Below are positions 1 through 10,367 of a DNA stretch of 64,000 bases, in pieces; positions within the stretch are counted from its first letter, which is position 1; each line of letters starts with the position of its first letter. The notes under the pieces are model-generated. The model saw nothing but the letters and a program-made list of their open reading frames with translations. It was not told the origin of the DNA and ran no database searches. The translations under genes were made by a program, and so were the position numbers. The stretch comes from Candidatus Hydrothermarchaeum profundi (GTDB taxonomy: Archaea; Hydrothermarchaeota; Hydrothermarchaeia; Hydrothermarchaeales; Hydrothermarchaeaceae), in the NCBI GenBank assembly GCA_002011125.2, contig MTMF02000009.1, positions 1,192,989 through 1,256,988 of the forward strand, given 5' to 3'.

Positions 1-31
1 GATGCTGTAAGTTGGGTGGTATTTGCTCCAT
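1..31 (-). CDS. pfdB: Prefoldin beta subunit, N-terminus only (runs off window edge)
   Basis: Manual translation MEQIPPNLQH..., preceded by GGAGG RBS. Expected position after pcc1 in the exosome superoperon. Only 10 codons visible. Confidence 0.6.
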   Translation of the reverse strand, partial: MEQIPPNLQH

Positions 32-276
32 TCATCAACCTCCATTAAAGATTTAGATACTTTAATCCATCTTGATAAAGTATTTATCGCAGCCCTAAAG
101 GCTGTCGAGTCGGTAGAGGATAATAGTATAGAGAGTTTTTTGCCATATAAGTTTAGTTTAGTAGCTGTTTTATCTGATGGCGATGTAAGTATCTCAGGCT
201 TAATAGCCCTATAAATTATAGAAGCTTCTTTTTCCTCATTGAAGTATATTTCAATCACCGCCCTAGCAGATTTCAT
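1..276 (-). CDS. pcc1: KEOPS complex subunit Pcc1 (no stop within window)
   Basis: Not in ORF track. Manual translation MKSARAVIEIYFNEEKEASIIYRAIKPE...STDSTAFRAAINTLSRWIKV contains the Pcc1 RAAxNxxLRW-type motif. ATGA overlap with Brix gene stop. Confidence 0.85.
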   Translation of the reverse strand, partial: MKSARAVIEIYFNEEKEASIIYRAIKPEILTSPSDKTATKLNLYGKKLSILLSSTDSTAFRAAINTLSRWIKVSKSLMEVDEWSKYHPTYSI

Positions 277-671
277 GGTTCACTTACCTCCTCTACTCTA
301 ATTGCTAGTCCATTCTGGAATATTAATGTATTATTGGACTGTTTTATAATATTGTCCTCCGTTCCCAGTTTTTCCGAGATTAATTTTGAAAGTTTTCCGA
401 TTTTAGCTTCTGTCATCCTCCTTCCCTCTCTACTAAGCTTGACTCCTGTGATTACTATATGGAGGAGGCGTTTACCTTTCTCATATATTTCAATTGTTCT
501 TGGATTACCTTTACTCTCGGTAACGTAAACAGTTCTTTCTTGGTGTAATAAATCCTGTAATCTCGCTTTTCCTCTAGTCTTATATACTGATCCAGGTATG
601 GCCTTTTGGAGGTCCTTGCAAAAGCTCCTAGTTCTGTTACTCGGCTTTCTCGAGGTTGTTATGAGGATCAT
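273..671 (-). CDS. Brix/Imp4-domain ribosome biogenesis protein
   Basis: MILITTSRKPSNRTRSFCKDL and KGNP motifs. Superoperon context. Confidence 0.9.
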   Translation of the reverse strand: MILITTSRKPSNRTRSFCKDLQKAIPGSVYKTRGKARLQDLLHQERTVYVTESKGNPRTIEIYEKGKRLLHIVITGVKLSREGRRMTEAKIGKLSKLISEKLGTEDNIIKQSNNTLIFQNGLAIRVEEVSEP

Positions 672-805
672 CTAGCCTTGATCTTCTTGATTATACCTGG
701 CCGGGTCTTATATAGTATTTTGTATCCGCAGAAGGGGCATCGTACTTGAGCATCGGCCCCAAGTTCAACCATCCTACCGCAATTTCCACATTTATACAGT
801 GACAT
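668..805 (-). CDS. rpoP: DNA-directed RNA polymerase subunit P (Rpo12)
   Basis: Not in ORF track. 45 aa MSLYKCGNCGRMVELGADAQVRCPFCGYKILYKTRPGIIKKIKAR, zinc ribbon. Lies between rpl37ae and Brix. Confidence 0.93.
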   Translation of the reverse strand: MSLYKCGNCGRMVELGADAQVRCPFCGYKILYKTRPGIIKKIKAR

Positions 806-1067
806 CTCCGCCACCTACTCTTCTAAGTGCTTTCTCAACAGTTTTCATCATACCCGTAGTGGGAACATATGCCCCACCAGTAAACTTAGCTCCACATCTC
901 CTACAACCCCATATTCCGCTAGCTATTCTTTTTACGGCAAGCCTTTTACAGGTAGGACATTCATGATACCTGCGCTGTTTTTCTTCTATCTCTTGCCATC
1001 GTCTGCGTAGCCTCATACCATATCTGGCTCCAAATTGCCTAGGATTCTTAGTTTTCTTTTTTACCAC
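792..1067 (-). CDS. rpl37ae: 50S ribosomal protein L37Ae (eL43)
   Basis: FGARYG, CPTC...CRRC zinc finger, FTGGAY. Confidence 0.96.
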   Translation of the reverse strand: MVKKKTKNPRQFGARYGMRLRRRWQEIEEKQRRYHECPTCKRLAVKRIASGIWGCRRCGAKFTGGAYVPTTGMMKTVEKALRRVGGGDVTV

Positions 1068-1068
1068 T

Positions 1069-1881
1069 TTAAACCTCCTTAAATGGAATATGCTTTCTTA
1101 GTTCTTTTGATTTTTCTAGCCCTCGATCTATTACCTCTAATATCTCTTTCTCTGTGAAAGTTCCAACGCCGCCCTTCTGCATTGCACATATATCGCCTTT
1201 CTTAGTATAAGCGACAGTGAGTCTAGCGTCCATTACCTGCTCTTCATCTAATATTGGGTCTACTACTATGTTATCCCCTATTTTAGCGAAGGTTGTTTCT
1301 ACGGGCAGATCTTTAATAGGCAACCTTTCATCAGTTTTTTCCTTGTATATTATCATGCCGTCTTCAACTTTGGGAAGCCTAGTATCAACTAATGCTGATA
1401 TTGCTCCTAATTCGCATGCGTCAAATAAGTTGCCGTCGTAGTCTAATATGTGGAGATCTATGAATACTATCCAGACTTCCTCTCCTTCAACCCTGCATAA
1501 CTTTTCAAGGTCAATACATTCCGACTCCCGGATTCCTCTGTCAACTACTCTTGCCAGTTCAATGGTATCTTCCCCGGGTGGCCCTTTCTCGAAAGTTGGA
1601 CTAGCAAGAGGTCTTAACTCCGCATTGGTTGTTAAGACCCCGGAATTAGGCATATCTGGAAAAGGCTCTCCGATAGCAAGCTTAACTCCTGCCATCACCC
1701 TGGTTTTTCCTATTTGAACAATAGCTGAGCCCTCGGCTTTCTCTCCTACTCCAACTTCTACAGCAATTGGCCTATATTCGTCGAATCCTCTGTTATCCAC
1801 ACGTTTTCCAGCTTTCAGTGTTTGTATAATGTTGTCTCTTTTTATTTCAGCGATTAAATCGTACATTTTATGTTCCTCCAT
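1069..1881 (-). CDS. rrp42: Exosome complex component Rrp42
   Basis: RNase PH fold, [33 protein letters not shown]. Confidence 0.96.
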   Translation of the reverse strand: MEEHKMYDLIAEIKRDNIIQTLKAGKRVDNRGFDEYRPIAVEVGVGEKAEGSAIVQIGKTRVMAGVKLAIGEPFPDMPNSGVLTTNAELRPLASPTFEKGPPGEDTIELARVVDRGIRESECIDLEKLCRVEGEEVWIVFIDLHILDYDGNLFDACELGAISALVDTRLPKVEDGMIIYKEKTDERLPIKDLPVETTFAKIGDNIVVDPILDEEQVMDARLTVAYTKKGDICAMQKGGVGTFTEKEILEVIDRGLEKSKELRKHIPFKEV

Positions 1882-2587
1882 ATTTCTTTCGCAAAGCCTC
1901 TTTTTGTATTTTGTGAACTTTCTTACATCCTTTTATTGCTAGTTTAAAGGCCTTCTCAAATTCTTCTCTAGTAAAATTACCGTCCATCTGAAGGAGAGTC
2001 ACTTCTCCTTTTTTAGGTGTTATAGCTACGGGTAGATCTGCTTCTCCGTAGTTATCTTCAACATCGTTTAGGTCTAGTACTATTTCTCCTCCTACCTTGC
2101 CTGCAGCACAGGCAGGTACTAGATCAGCCATAGGGATACCTGCGTCTGCTAGAGCTACTGAGGCAGCTGTTATTCCAGAGCACCTAGTACCCGCGTTAGC
2201 TTGAAGAATCTCTATGAAGACATCTATTGCTGTCCTCGGAAATAGATGAGTAAATACCACATGCTCAAGGGCCTCTCGAGTTACTTTTGAAATCTCAACA
2301 CTTCTTCTATCTGGTCCAGGTCTTTTTCTATCGCTTACTGAAAATGCCGCCATATTATATATACATCTCAATATAGCGCTGTCTGGCCGCGCAAGATGAC
2401 GCGGATGAACTTCTCTCGGACCATAGCAGGCGGCCATAACTTTATTCCCTCCCCATTCTAAATAGGCTGAGCCATCAGCACGTTTTAATACTCCTGCTTC
2501 TATTTTTATGGGTCTTAATTCATCAAAGGCTCTTCCATCTAGTCTTTTGCCATCTATGATTAGTCTTTCAGGTTCTCCAACTTTCAT
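1868..2587 (-). CDS. rrp41: Exosome complex exonuclease Rrp41
   Basis: [43 protein letters not shown]. Confidence 0.97.
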   Translation of the reverse strand: MKVGEPERLIIDGKRLDGRAFDELRPIKIEAGVLKRADGSAYLEWGGNKVMAACYGPREVHPRHLARPDSAILRCIYNMAAFSVSDRKRPGPDRRSVEISKVTREALEHVVFTHLFPRTAIDVFIEILQANAGTRCSGITAASVALADAGIPMADLVPACAAGKVGGEIVLDLNDVEDNYGEADLPVAITPKKGEVTLLQMDGNFTREEFEKAFKLAIKGCKKVHKIQKEALRKKYGGT

Positions 2588-3255
2588 TTCTTTTCCCTCT
2601 CTGAAATTATCATATTTTTAACTCTATCCGTTAATCCCGCTGTATGAGCTTCTCTTTCAATCATCTCAATAGCTTTAGTAACTAAATCAGTTTGCTCTGG
2701 CGATCCATCAAGCCATATCCTACCGTTTTGTCCCACTAAGATGTTAATTCTTGTTTTCTTTTTTATCATCGACAACATGGAACCTTTACGTCCAATTATC
2801 CTTGGGACTTTGGTAGGGGTTACTTCAATTACTTTTCCCTTTTTTATTATCCTCGCACCTTTTTCTTGCATGGTAATATAAACTTTTTTTCTAGGAGTAA
2901 TCTCTCTTACTTTGGCATAAATCGTGTCGCCCAAAGATAATATTTTAGAGAGATCTGTCTGAAAAGGGTCAATATCACGAAAATAGTCACTCGAATTAAG
3001 CACAGCAGAGTGTGCAGAATTTATATCAACGTACCATCTGGAAAATTCTATATCGCTTATTATACCTATAACAAAGTCGCCTACTTTAGGAACGTATTTC
3101 CCGGTAAGAGGGATTATTCTTATGGTTCTCCCTCTTATATCTAGTAGGCCCATTACTGAGGAATATATTTTATTATCTTCTCGATATACCCCATTTTCAA
3201 GCTTGAAATCTCCTTCTGCGACAAGTTCGCCTGGAATAACCAATTTCCTTGACAT
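2584..3255 (-). CDS. rrp4: Exosome RNA-binding protein Rrp4
   Basis: S1 and KH domains, [30 protein letters not shown]. Confidence 0.96.
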   Translation of the reverse strand: MSRKLVIPGELVAEGDFKLENGVYREDNKIYSSVMGLLDIRGRTIRIIPLTGKYVPKVGDFVIGIISDIEFSRWYVDINSAHSAVLNSSDYFRDIDPFQTDLSKILSLGDTIYAKVREITPRKKVYITMQEKGARIIKKGKVIEVTPTKVPRIIGRKGSMLSMIKKKTRINILVGQNGRIWLDGSPEQTDLVTKAIEMIEREAHTAGLTDRVKNMIISEREKK

Positions 3256-3266
3256 TTAATATTCCT

Positions 3267-3959
3267 CTACAGTATTTTACTCTCTACTTCACCTTTAGTA
3301 AGGGAATTGAGTTCTCTAAGGAAGTCGTCTATCATGCCAGCCGGTATCTCAATAAGAAATATCCATGAGCCATCTTTTTGCCATTCCTCCTTCTTTACCT
3401 CTCCGTACGGCTTTATCACAGGATAGGCTTTAGCAGCATACTGAGGAGGTATCTTCACAGCTATTGTTTTGTTCTCAATTCTAATAGGTATTAAAGGTCT
3501 TATAGCTTTGATAACGTTTGGCACTTGCTCTTCAGCAGTTTTCCATAAATCAACTCTTACCTTCGCCTCCTCCATAGCTTTCTCGATTCGCTTCGGAGGA
3601 TGAGGGGTGTTGGTTTGAGGGTTTATAGAATTTCTAGCTATTATATTCACTATCTGTTTTCTTTTATCCTCTAACATCTTTCTACGTTGCTCGGTAGTAA
3701 GCTGGATCTCACCTTTCTTTATTATCACTTTCGCTACTTCTAGGGGGTCACTATAACCAAACGTTTCTTTTAAGCTCTCTTCACTGGCTTTATCACCTTT
3801 CCGAGCATCTTTGAATATAGTTTCAACCGCAAGGACATTTGACATATCTACCTCTTCACCTCTTCTTACCCTCAAGGCTAGATCAGGGTCCACTAATATC
3901 TCGAATCTTTTGCCATGAGAATCTAGATGGGCGATTACAGCTTCTTCTAGCGTTACCAA
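3267..3959 (-). CDS. Ribosome maturation factor SBDS/Sdo1
   Basis: [33 protein letters not shown]. Confidence 0.95.
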   Translation of the reverse strand: MVTLEEAVIAHLDSHGKRFEILVDPDLALRVRRGEEVDMSNVLAVETIFKDARKGDKASEESLKETFGYSDPLEVAKVIIKKGEIQLTTEQRRKMLEDKRKQIVNIIARNSINPQTNTPHPPKRIEKAMEEAKVRVDLWKTAEEQVPNVIKAIRPLIPIRIENKTIAVKIPPQYAAKAYPVIKPYGEVKKEEWQKDGSWIFLIEIPAGMIDDFLRELNSLTKGEVESKIL

Positions 3960-4703
3960 TTACTCCTCTCCCTTAGGAGGCTCTTTCTTTTTAACTTTAG
4001 AAATATATTTTTTCACTTCCTCTGGTGTTAGTTTTCTAAATTCTTTAGTCTCCAGTTCTATTACTGCAACCTCAATGGTTTCTTCTGTCATCCTCCCTTC
4101 AGTTACCTCGTTCATCACAGTTAAAGCAAGTTCAATAGCCTCGTCTTTTGTCATATCTTCTCTATATTTATCTTCAAAGATCTCCATAGCCGTGGCTCTC
4201 CCGGCTCCAATAGCAGTTGCTTTATATTCAATAAGAGCTCCACTAGGGTCGGTTTCAAAAAGCCTAGGCGTATCATTTACTCCAGCTATGAGGAGTGCTA
4301 TACCGAAGGGTCTAACTCCCCCATGCTGAGTATAAAGCTGTTTAAAATCACACATTTTCTTCGCTAGGATTTCTATATCAATTGGTTCATCATAAGTAAC
4401 TCTATTTGTTTGAGCTTCTACTCTAGCTCTATCTATCAGAACCCTAGCGTCAGCTACTAATCCAGATGTTGCGGCTCCAATATTTTCATCTATCTGAAAG
4501 ATTTTCTCAATAGATTTTGCTTCGACTAATCTACTTGTTATCCTCTTATCAACACATAACACAACTCCGTCTTTATATCTGATCCCAAGAGATGTTGTAC
4601 CTCTTTTAACAGCTTCTCTAGCGTATTCTACTTGGAATAGCCTACCATCTGGACTAAAGACAGTAATTGCTCTATCATATCCCATGCTGGGTACCGGCTG
4701 CAT
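3960..4703 (-). CDS. psmA: Proteasome alpha subunit
   Basis: [28 protein letters not shown] signature. Confidence 0.98.
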   Translation of the reverse strand: MQPVPSMGYDRAITVFSPDGRLFQVEYAREAVKRGTTSLGIRYKDGVVLCVDKRITSRLVEAKSIEKIFQIDENIGAATSGLVADARVLIDRARVEAQTNRVTYDEPIDIEILAKKMCDFKQLYTQHGGVRPFGIALLIAGVNDTPRLFETDPSGALIEYKATAIGAGRATAMEIFEDKYREDMTKDEAIELALTVMNEVTEGRMTEETIEVAVIELETKEFRKLTPEEVKKYISKVKKKEPPKGEE

Positions 4704-5220
4704 TTTCTTTCCCTCCTAAATCATTTTTCATGAGACCTAAGTATTTCACTTTAAGGCGTTTCAGCCTTCCTTGCAATTCTTTATCCCTGGGAAGTGCATC
4801 GACACACTCCCCCATGCTACGCACTATTTCTACTTTTTTTCCTATAAAGAATCCCTCTTTTTTCTCACTTTTAAATATTGGCCTCTTATTTAAAAACTTT
4901 CTTCTCAATGATTTTATTGTTCCAGAAACTCCTAACGTCTTTAAATGAACCTTTTCATCTCCTATGTAACCTATTAATCCTAAACATGCTTTTATCTTGC
5001 CTACGGATTTATGGTTACATACTAGGAATCCTTCCTGAGTGTCTTTGTTGAAATCAACTATCCATAGGTTAAAATCACTTGCAGTGCATTCTCCAAAAAA
5101 TCCTAAGGTCTGACTCAGTATTTCTCTAACTACAGCGTCCTTACCGTAGGTTTCCCCGCTTTCGACTCTAAAGGCTATGTATCTTTTTTTTTCTCTTAAT
5201 GAAGGCTTTAATTTTTTCAT
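4675..5220 (-). CDS. rnp2: RNase P protein component 2 (Pop5/Rpp14) with C-terminal extension
   Basis: [12 protein letters not shown] and [10 protein letters not shown] motifs. Confidence 0.9.
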   Translation of the reverse strand: MKKLKPSLREKKRYIAFRVESGETYGKDAVVREILSQTLGFFGECTASDFNLWIVDFNKDTQEGFLVCNHKSVGKIKACLGLIGYIGDEKVHLKTLGVSGTIKSLRRKFLNKRPIFKSEKKEGFFIGKKVEIVRSMGECVDALPRDKELQGRLKRLKVKYLGLMKNDLGGKENAAGTQHGI

Positions 5221-5221
5221 T

Positions 5222-5830
5222 TTATGTTTTCCTCAATTTTTTTCTTGGAACTTCCTCCATAGACATTTTTATTTCTTCTTCGGTGAAGCCGATAGCGGTT
5301 AAGATTTCTCTAACAACATCTGAACTTCGCAAATCGAGATTAGATTTAGCGCCAGTAGAAACGATAATATCGAATCCATATTTTCGAGAAAGCATAAGAT
5401 TTCTTTTTATATTTTTCAAAGCATAGACCCGGGCATTCCACTTTGTAGAGGTCAGGCTGCTAAGATTTACTTCAATTGCTACATCATTTTCAGCGGCTTT
5501 TCGGCTGATAAAAGAATCAATACCTGAGTCTCTCCTGCCTCTATCGGGATGCGCGAGTATACCCACTCTGCTATCACTTACCGCTGCTCTATTAACAGAC
5601 TCTTTACCCCCATGCACGATTATATAATCCATTTCGTCGAATTTTTTGACTTTCTTATCTAAGTCCTTTTTACCTTTGATTTCGACCTCTACTCCTGAAG
5701 GGCACTCATATCTTATTCCATCACAGATTCCAATTTCTATTCTCAGTTCTTTTGCATGATATAGTAATCTTGCCGGCGAATCTACGCCCGAAGAAAAGAT
5801 TGAATGAGTATGGAGGTCTACGAATCTCAT
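5222..5830 (-). CDS. rnp3: RNase P protein component 3 (Rpp30)
   Basis: PHP-like fold, NRAAV...ILAHP, AAENDVAIEVNL, STGA...DLRS. Context. Confidence 0.9.
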   Translation of the reverse strand: MRFVDLHTHSIFSSGVDSPARLLYHAKELRIEIGICDGIRYECPSGVEVEIKGKKDLDKKVKKFDEMDYIIVHGGKESVNRAAVSDSRVGILAHPDRGRRDSGIDSFISRKAAENDVAIEVNLSSLTSTKWNARVYALKNIKRNLMLSRKYGFDIIVSTGAKSNLDLRSSDVVREILTAIGFTEEEIKMSMEEVPRKKLRKT

Positions 5831-6237
5831 GAAAAAGTCTGCTTTAATTCTTCTATAATTTTCTTTCTGTTAAAAGGATAAGTAGTTATCTTAAAGGTAA
5901 TCTGGATTCCCTCACCTAGTGAAATCGTCTCGTCGCATGCCTTCATTTTGTCTAGCCGTAGGTAGAAATTTCCATCTTGAAATCTTTTCTCGATCTCTCC
6001 GGAAATTTTTTTTCTTTCTGTTAAGGATAAGTTATTGAGTATTTGGTTTAATAACTGCTCTGCTTCTTTCCTCCCAAAGGATATAGTTATTATATCTATA
6101 GGGTTACCAAAGTGGCCATAGCTTCTTTCTATAGTTGGAGTAAAATCTGCGAGAATATTTTTAAGACAATTAAGGACTTTTTCTATATCTTCTGTAGCGT
6201 ATACGAAAGTTTGAACACTTGCTCCTAGGATTCTCAC
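5827..6237 (-). CDS. DUF54 family predicted RNA-binding protein
   Basis: [23 protein letters not shown] motifs. Conserved superoperon position. Confidence 0.85.
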   Translation of the reverse strand: MRILGASVQTFVYATEDIEKVLNCLKNILADFTPTIERSYGHFGNPIDIITISFGRKEAEQLLNQILNNLSLTERKKISGEIEKRFQDGNFYLRLDKMKACDETISLGEGIQITFKITTYPFNRKKIIEELKQTFS

Positions 6238-6812
6238 TTTCCTAAGCCTTTATTGGCCCTTATACTGGGCCTAATTTTTTCAGCACCCTTCCCTTTGTTT
6301 CTCAACCCTCTAGATCTCTTACCGGCAGAGGTCAGCCCCCTAAATACTCTCTTTCTGTGAGCTTTCCCGGTTATCCATCTTAGCTCTTTATCGCTTTTTA
6401 TAGCTGGATGGTTGGGGTCAACGAAAATAACTTCATAATACTTATATTGGCCATCTTCTCCGATCCAATAAGAATTTAGAACTTCAAGATTTGGAAACTT
6501 TCTTTGGGCTCTCTCTTCGGCTATCCATTGTAGGCTTTTTTTAGGCGTTATTTTGTTGACTCCCATTTTGCTGGGTTTTCTACCGCCTCTTGGTCTTGCT
6601 TTTCTTCTACCGCCTCTTCGCACTTTTACTCTTGCGACAATTATGCCTTGTTTAGCTTTATATCCAAGAGCCCTAGCCCGGTCTAGCCTAAGAGGATGTT
6701 CTACTCTCACAACGGTTGGGCCTTTCCTCCATATAGGGATTCGTGTCTTTAGAAGCTCCTCGATATAAGATTCTTCAGGCTTCTTCCATGCTTCTCTTAT
6801 ATAACTGTACAT
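6234..6812 (-). CDS. rpl15e: 50S ribosomal protein L15e
   Basis: [33 protein letters not shown]. Confidence 0.98.
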   Translation of the reverse strand: MYSYIREAWKKPEESYIEELLKTRIPIWRKGPTVVRVEHPLRLDRARALGYKAKQGIIVARVKVRRGGRRKARPRGGRKPSKMGVNKITPKKSLQWIAEERAQRKFPNLEVLNSYWIGEDGQYKYYEVIFVDPNHPAIKSDKELRWITGKAHRKRVFRGLTSAGKRSRGLRNKGKGAEKIRPSIRANKGLGK

Positions 6813-6868
6813 GATACTAGCTCCATCGATTTCCTCTTAAATTTTGCCTTCATAAAAATATTTTAAAC

Positions 6869-8440
6869 TTACATTCTAACCGTTTTAACAGCTTTTATTC
6901 CATCGATCTTACATATGGCGTCAGAGACTTCTGGAGGGACCTCATGATCTACAGTTAGAACCATAAGTTGCAGACCGCCTACTTCTTTTCGTCCTACTTG
7001 CATAGACCCAATATTAATTTTATGGTCTCCGAGGGTTGAGGCCACCTTTCCTATCATGCCTGGTTTATCTTCATGTAATACTATAAGAATCTCGCCTTTG
7101 GGAGCGAGGTCTATTTCATATCCATCGATTCCAATTATCCGTGGTTTTTCACCGAGTAGTGTTCCATCGACTATTGTTTCATCTTCTGTGGTCTTCACAT
7201 TTAATATCACCATGTTCCTATAGTCTCCTGAGTCCTCTCTCTTACCTTCTGTGATTCTAATTCCCCGGTTCTTTGCAAGGATGCCAGCATTGAACATATT
7301 TACTCCTCCCGTTAGAATCGGTTCTAATATCCCTTTCAATATGGAGTTCGTGAGCGCAGTAAATTCGAGATTTAATAATTCGCCACAATAGGTTATAGAG
7401 ATATCAGTGATTCTGCCCTTGGTTAGCTGAACTGTGAATCTACCTAGGTTCTCTGCTAGGGGTAGATAACTCGAAATCTCTTTTAATACCTCTGGGGGAA
7501 TAGCTGGCATATTGACGGAATATTTTGGTGGTTCATTTCTAAGCACCTTAAGTACCTCTCTGCAGGCCACGACAGATGCAAATATTTGAGCTTCTTGGGT
7601 GCTAGCCCCGAGATGGGGCGTTACTACTATATTATCGAGGGTAAGTAGGGGGTTATCGATAGGTGGTTCTTTTTCAAAGACATCGAGCGCTGCTCCAGCA
7701 AGCTTCCCAGATTTTAAGCCCTCGTACAGGGCTTTTTCGTCTACGATTCCTCCTCGAGCACAGTTTATTAAATATGCGCCGTCTTTCATTTTTTGAATCT
7801 CTTTTTTACCTATTAGTCCTTTAGTTTTATCTGTTAAAGGAATGTGGAGGGTTATGAAGTCTGATTTACTCAATAATTCGTCAAGGCTTACAATCTTAAC
7901 AGTCAGATTCTTGGCATGTTTCTCAGTAACATAGGGATCGTAGGCTATTACTTCCATTTCAAAGGCTTTCGCCTTCTTGGCCACTTGGGAGCCTATTCTG
8001 CCTAAACCTATTACTCCTAGGGTTTTTCCTCTTATCTCGATTCCAAGGAATTTCTTCTTTTCCCATTTATTCGCTTTTAATGATGAATGCGCGAAAGGTA
8101 TCCTTCTTGCTAAGGAAAGGATTAACCCCATCGTATGCTCAGCCACAGTAATAGAAGAAGCTTCTGGAGCATTTACTACGACAATCCCATGTTTTGTGGC
8201 TGCTTCTAGGTCTATATTATCAACGCCCACTCCTGCCCTGCCTATCACTTTTAGCCTCTCTGCCGCTTCAATAACATCTGCGGTTACCTTAGTTGCACTC
8301 CTCACTAGAAGGGCATCTTTGTTTTTTATTTTTTCTATCAGCTCTTCTTTACTGAGGCCTGTTGCTACTTCTACTTCAGCTTCTGTTTCCAATATTTCTA
8401 TTCCTGCTTTGTGTATATTGTCGGATACTAGGATTTTCAT
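6869..8440 (-). CDS. serA: D-3-phosphoglycerate dehydrogenase (with ASB and ACT domains)
   Basis: GRAGVGVDNID, GLGRIG, TPHLGAST, C-terminal HEDKPGMIG ACT domain. Confidence 0.96.
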   Translation of the reverse strand: MKILVSDNIHKAGIEILETEAEVEVATGLSKEELIEKIKNKDALLVRSATKVTADVIEAAERLKVIGRAGVGVDNIDLEAATKHGIVVVNAPEASSITVAEHTMGLILSLARRIPFAHSSLKANKWEKKKFLGIEIRGKTLGVIGLGRIGSQVAKKAKAFEMEVIAYDPYVTEKHAKNLTVKIVSLDELLSKSDFITLHIPLTDKTKGLIGKKEIQKMKDGAYLINCARGGIVDEKALYEGLKSGKLAGAALDVFEKEPPIDNPLLTLDNIVVTPHLGASTQEAQIFASVVACREVLKVLRNEPPKYSVNMPAIPPEVLKEISSYLPLAENLGRFTVQLTKGRITDISITYCGELLNLEFTALTNSILKGILEPILTGGVNMFNAGILAKNRGIRITEGKREDSGDYRNMVILNVKTTEDETIVDGTLLGEKPRIIGIDGYEIDLAPKGEILIVLHEDKPGMIGKVASTLGDHKINIGSMQVGRKEVGGLQLMVLTVDHEVPPEVSDAICKIDGIKAVKTVRM

Positions 8441-8490
8441 AGCATTCCATCCAAAAAGTAAGTAAGAAAATTTCCTTTTAATATTTATAG

Positions 8491-9690
8491 TTATCTCGTT
8501 AGTATCTTGATTATATCTCCATTTTTAAGCTCTTTATCTCCTGCTATCTTTCTCTTTGTTCTAGCGTCTATAGCTCCTATAAATCCTTCTCCAATCTCAC
8601 TATGTATTTTAAAGGCGAGATCACGTGGTGTGGAGCCTTTCTCCATAATATAAGCATCTGGCAGGACGTTTCCCTCTTTATCTGAAAACTTGTTTTCATC
8701 TTCTACAGGAAATACTACTATTCTCTCAAGTAGGTCAAATACAGCTTTGTTTATACATTCTTGAACTCCTGTCCCACCGAATCTTCCGAACACATTCTTA
8801 TCTATTATCTCTAGTGCCTTGCGATGCTTATCTGTAATCTTGGTTTCATCGACTATTTTATAATTTGAATCACCTGGCAGATATCTTATGGCTCCAGATC
8901 CCGCCAAGCTTACCAGTATATTCTCAGCCATAGAGCTGGTGGGTACAACAATATCATGGGGGAAGTCATTCTTAAGCTTAGCGATGTTTTGTTCAGTTAT
9001 CCCTATATCTGTTTTATTAGCTGCGATTATCATAGGTTTGGATAGTTTCCTTAAAATCCTCGTGAAAGTGAAGAGATCAGAATCGCTCCATTCTGCAGGC
9101 TTATCGGGATTTACATCTGCCGTCCGCACCGCTTCAACTATGTCTTTTTCTCTAAATCCCAGCCCAGCGAATACGTCTCCTAAATATTTCATAAAATCCC
9201 TTCCTTCGATCTGCGCTCTCCTCGCTATCTTATCCCAGTTACGCTTAAAAATGTTGAAAAACCAAAGTTCAATCTCTTCTTCTAAAAAATGCACATCCTC
9301 AGAGGGGTCATGAGAACTCGGTGGAATAGGGTTTCCTTCAAAGTCCGTTCCACCAGAGGCGTCTACTACGTGTATTAGAGCACTAGCTTGTCTGAGGTCG
9401 TCCAGAAACTTATTCCCGAGCCCTCTACCTTCATGGGCTTTAGGAACAAGTCCGGCAACATCTATCATCTCAACCGGTACAAACCTGTTTCCTTCTATAC
9501 ACTTAGAGTTTTTTGGATTACATTTAGTTCCAAGCTCTTGCTCAGGGCACGGGATTCTTATAAATCCTATTGCTTTATTGGCATCAACGGTTGTGAAAGG
9601 ATATCCCGCTACTGTTGCGCCACTCAGAGTAGAGGCATTAAAAAAAGTACTTTTCCCTACATTGGGTTTCCCTATTACTCCTATCTCCAT
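8491..9690 (-). CDS. ychF: Obg-family translation-associated ATPase/GTPase YchF
   Basis: GKPNVGKST, YPFTT, DVAGLV, GRGLGNKFLDD, C-terminal TGS domain. Confidence 0.93.
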   Translation of the reverse strand: MEIGVIGKPNVGKSTFFNASTLSGATVAGYPFTTVDANKAIGFIRIPCPEQELGTKCNPKNSKCIEGNRFVPVEMIDVAGLVPKAHEGRGLGNKFLDDLRQASALIHVVDASGGTDFEGNPIPPSSHDPSEDVHFLEEEIELWFFNIFKRNWDKIARRAQIEGRDFMKYLGDVFAGLGFREKDIVEAVRTADVNPDKPAEWSDSDLFTFTRILRKLSKPMIIAANKTDIGITEQNIAKLKNDFPHDIVVPTSSMAENILVSLAGSGAIRYLPGDSNYKIVDETKITDKHRKALEIIDKNVFGRFGGTGVQECINKAVFDLLERIVVFPVEDENKFSDKEGNVLPDAYIMEKGSTPRDLAFKIHSEIGEGFIGAIDARTKRKIAGDKELKNGDIIKILTR

Positions 9691-9795
9691 GATTTTACTT
9701 TATAGCCTCGTACTATTTAATATTGATGAAAATGGTACAAGAAAAAATTAAGGTTCAGATAAAAAATTTTATAATTTCTAGAGGGATAGATACAG

Positions 9796-10320
9796 ATGAG
9801 ACTTTTGATGTTGCTATTTTTAATTCTGTTGGTGGGATGTACTTCACAACCTATGGGTACTCTTGTTATTGAGGTAAATAGCGAGGCCAAGGGGATAGCT
9901 CTACTATATGTAGCATTTTCTGAAATCGAACTCAGGAAAGTTGGAGAAACTGATGAGTGGATTAAGATAAGCGATAAGCCTAATCTAATAAGTTTTGTTT
10001 CAAGTAACGAGTCCCAAACAATTTTACAAACAGAGTTAACCCCTGCGATGTATTCTCATATTAGACTAAAGCTTGATTCAGCAACTGCAGTAATAGGAGA
10101 TAGGAATGTACTTTTAGAAATCCCTAAAGGAGGTTTGCAGTATATTATTTTAAATAAGCCATTTGAAATTAAAAAAGGTGAAACAACTTTAATAACACTT
10201 GCTCCTTTTAAAAACATGAGCTATATAGAAGCTGATGATAGAAGTGTTCTACTGGGTTGTGGGGTTTCTCCAACAGTTTATAGGCTAACTCCTATTTTTC
10301 CAAATACTACAATTAAATAA
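9796..10320 (+). CDS. Putative lipoprotein, DUF4382-like
   Basis: Signal peptide with LVGC lipobox. Beta-rich body with YSHIRL and F.I..G.TT.ITL patterns. Confidence 0.6.
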   Translation: MRLLMLLFLILLVGCTSQPMGTLVIEVNSEAKGIALLYVAFSEIELRKVGETDEWIKISDKPNLISFVSSNESQTILQTELTPAMYSHIRLKLDSATAVIGDRNVLLEIPKGGLQYIILNKPFEIKKGETTLITLAPFKNMSYIEADDRSVLLGCGVSPTVYRLTPIFPNTTIK

Positions 10321-10367
10321 TAATTTTTACATCCAATAGAGATAGTTTTTAGTGAAGGCTGTGGTAA

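Noticed and set aside
1-6812. Exosome-proteasome-RNase P gene cluster as a novel system
   Set aside because: This is the well-known conserved archaeal superoperon in its usual order.
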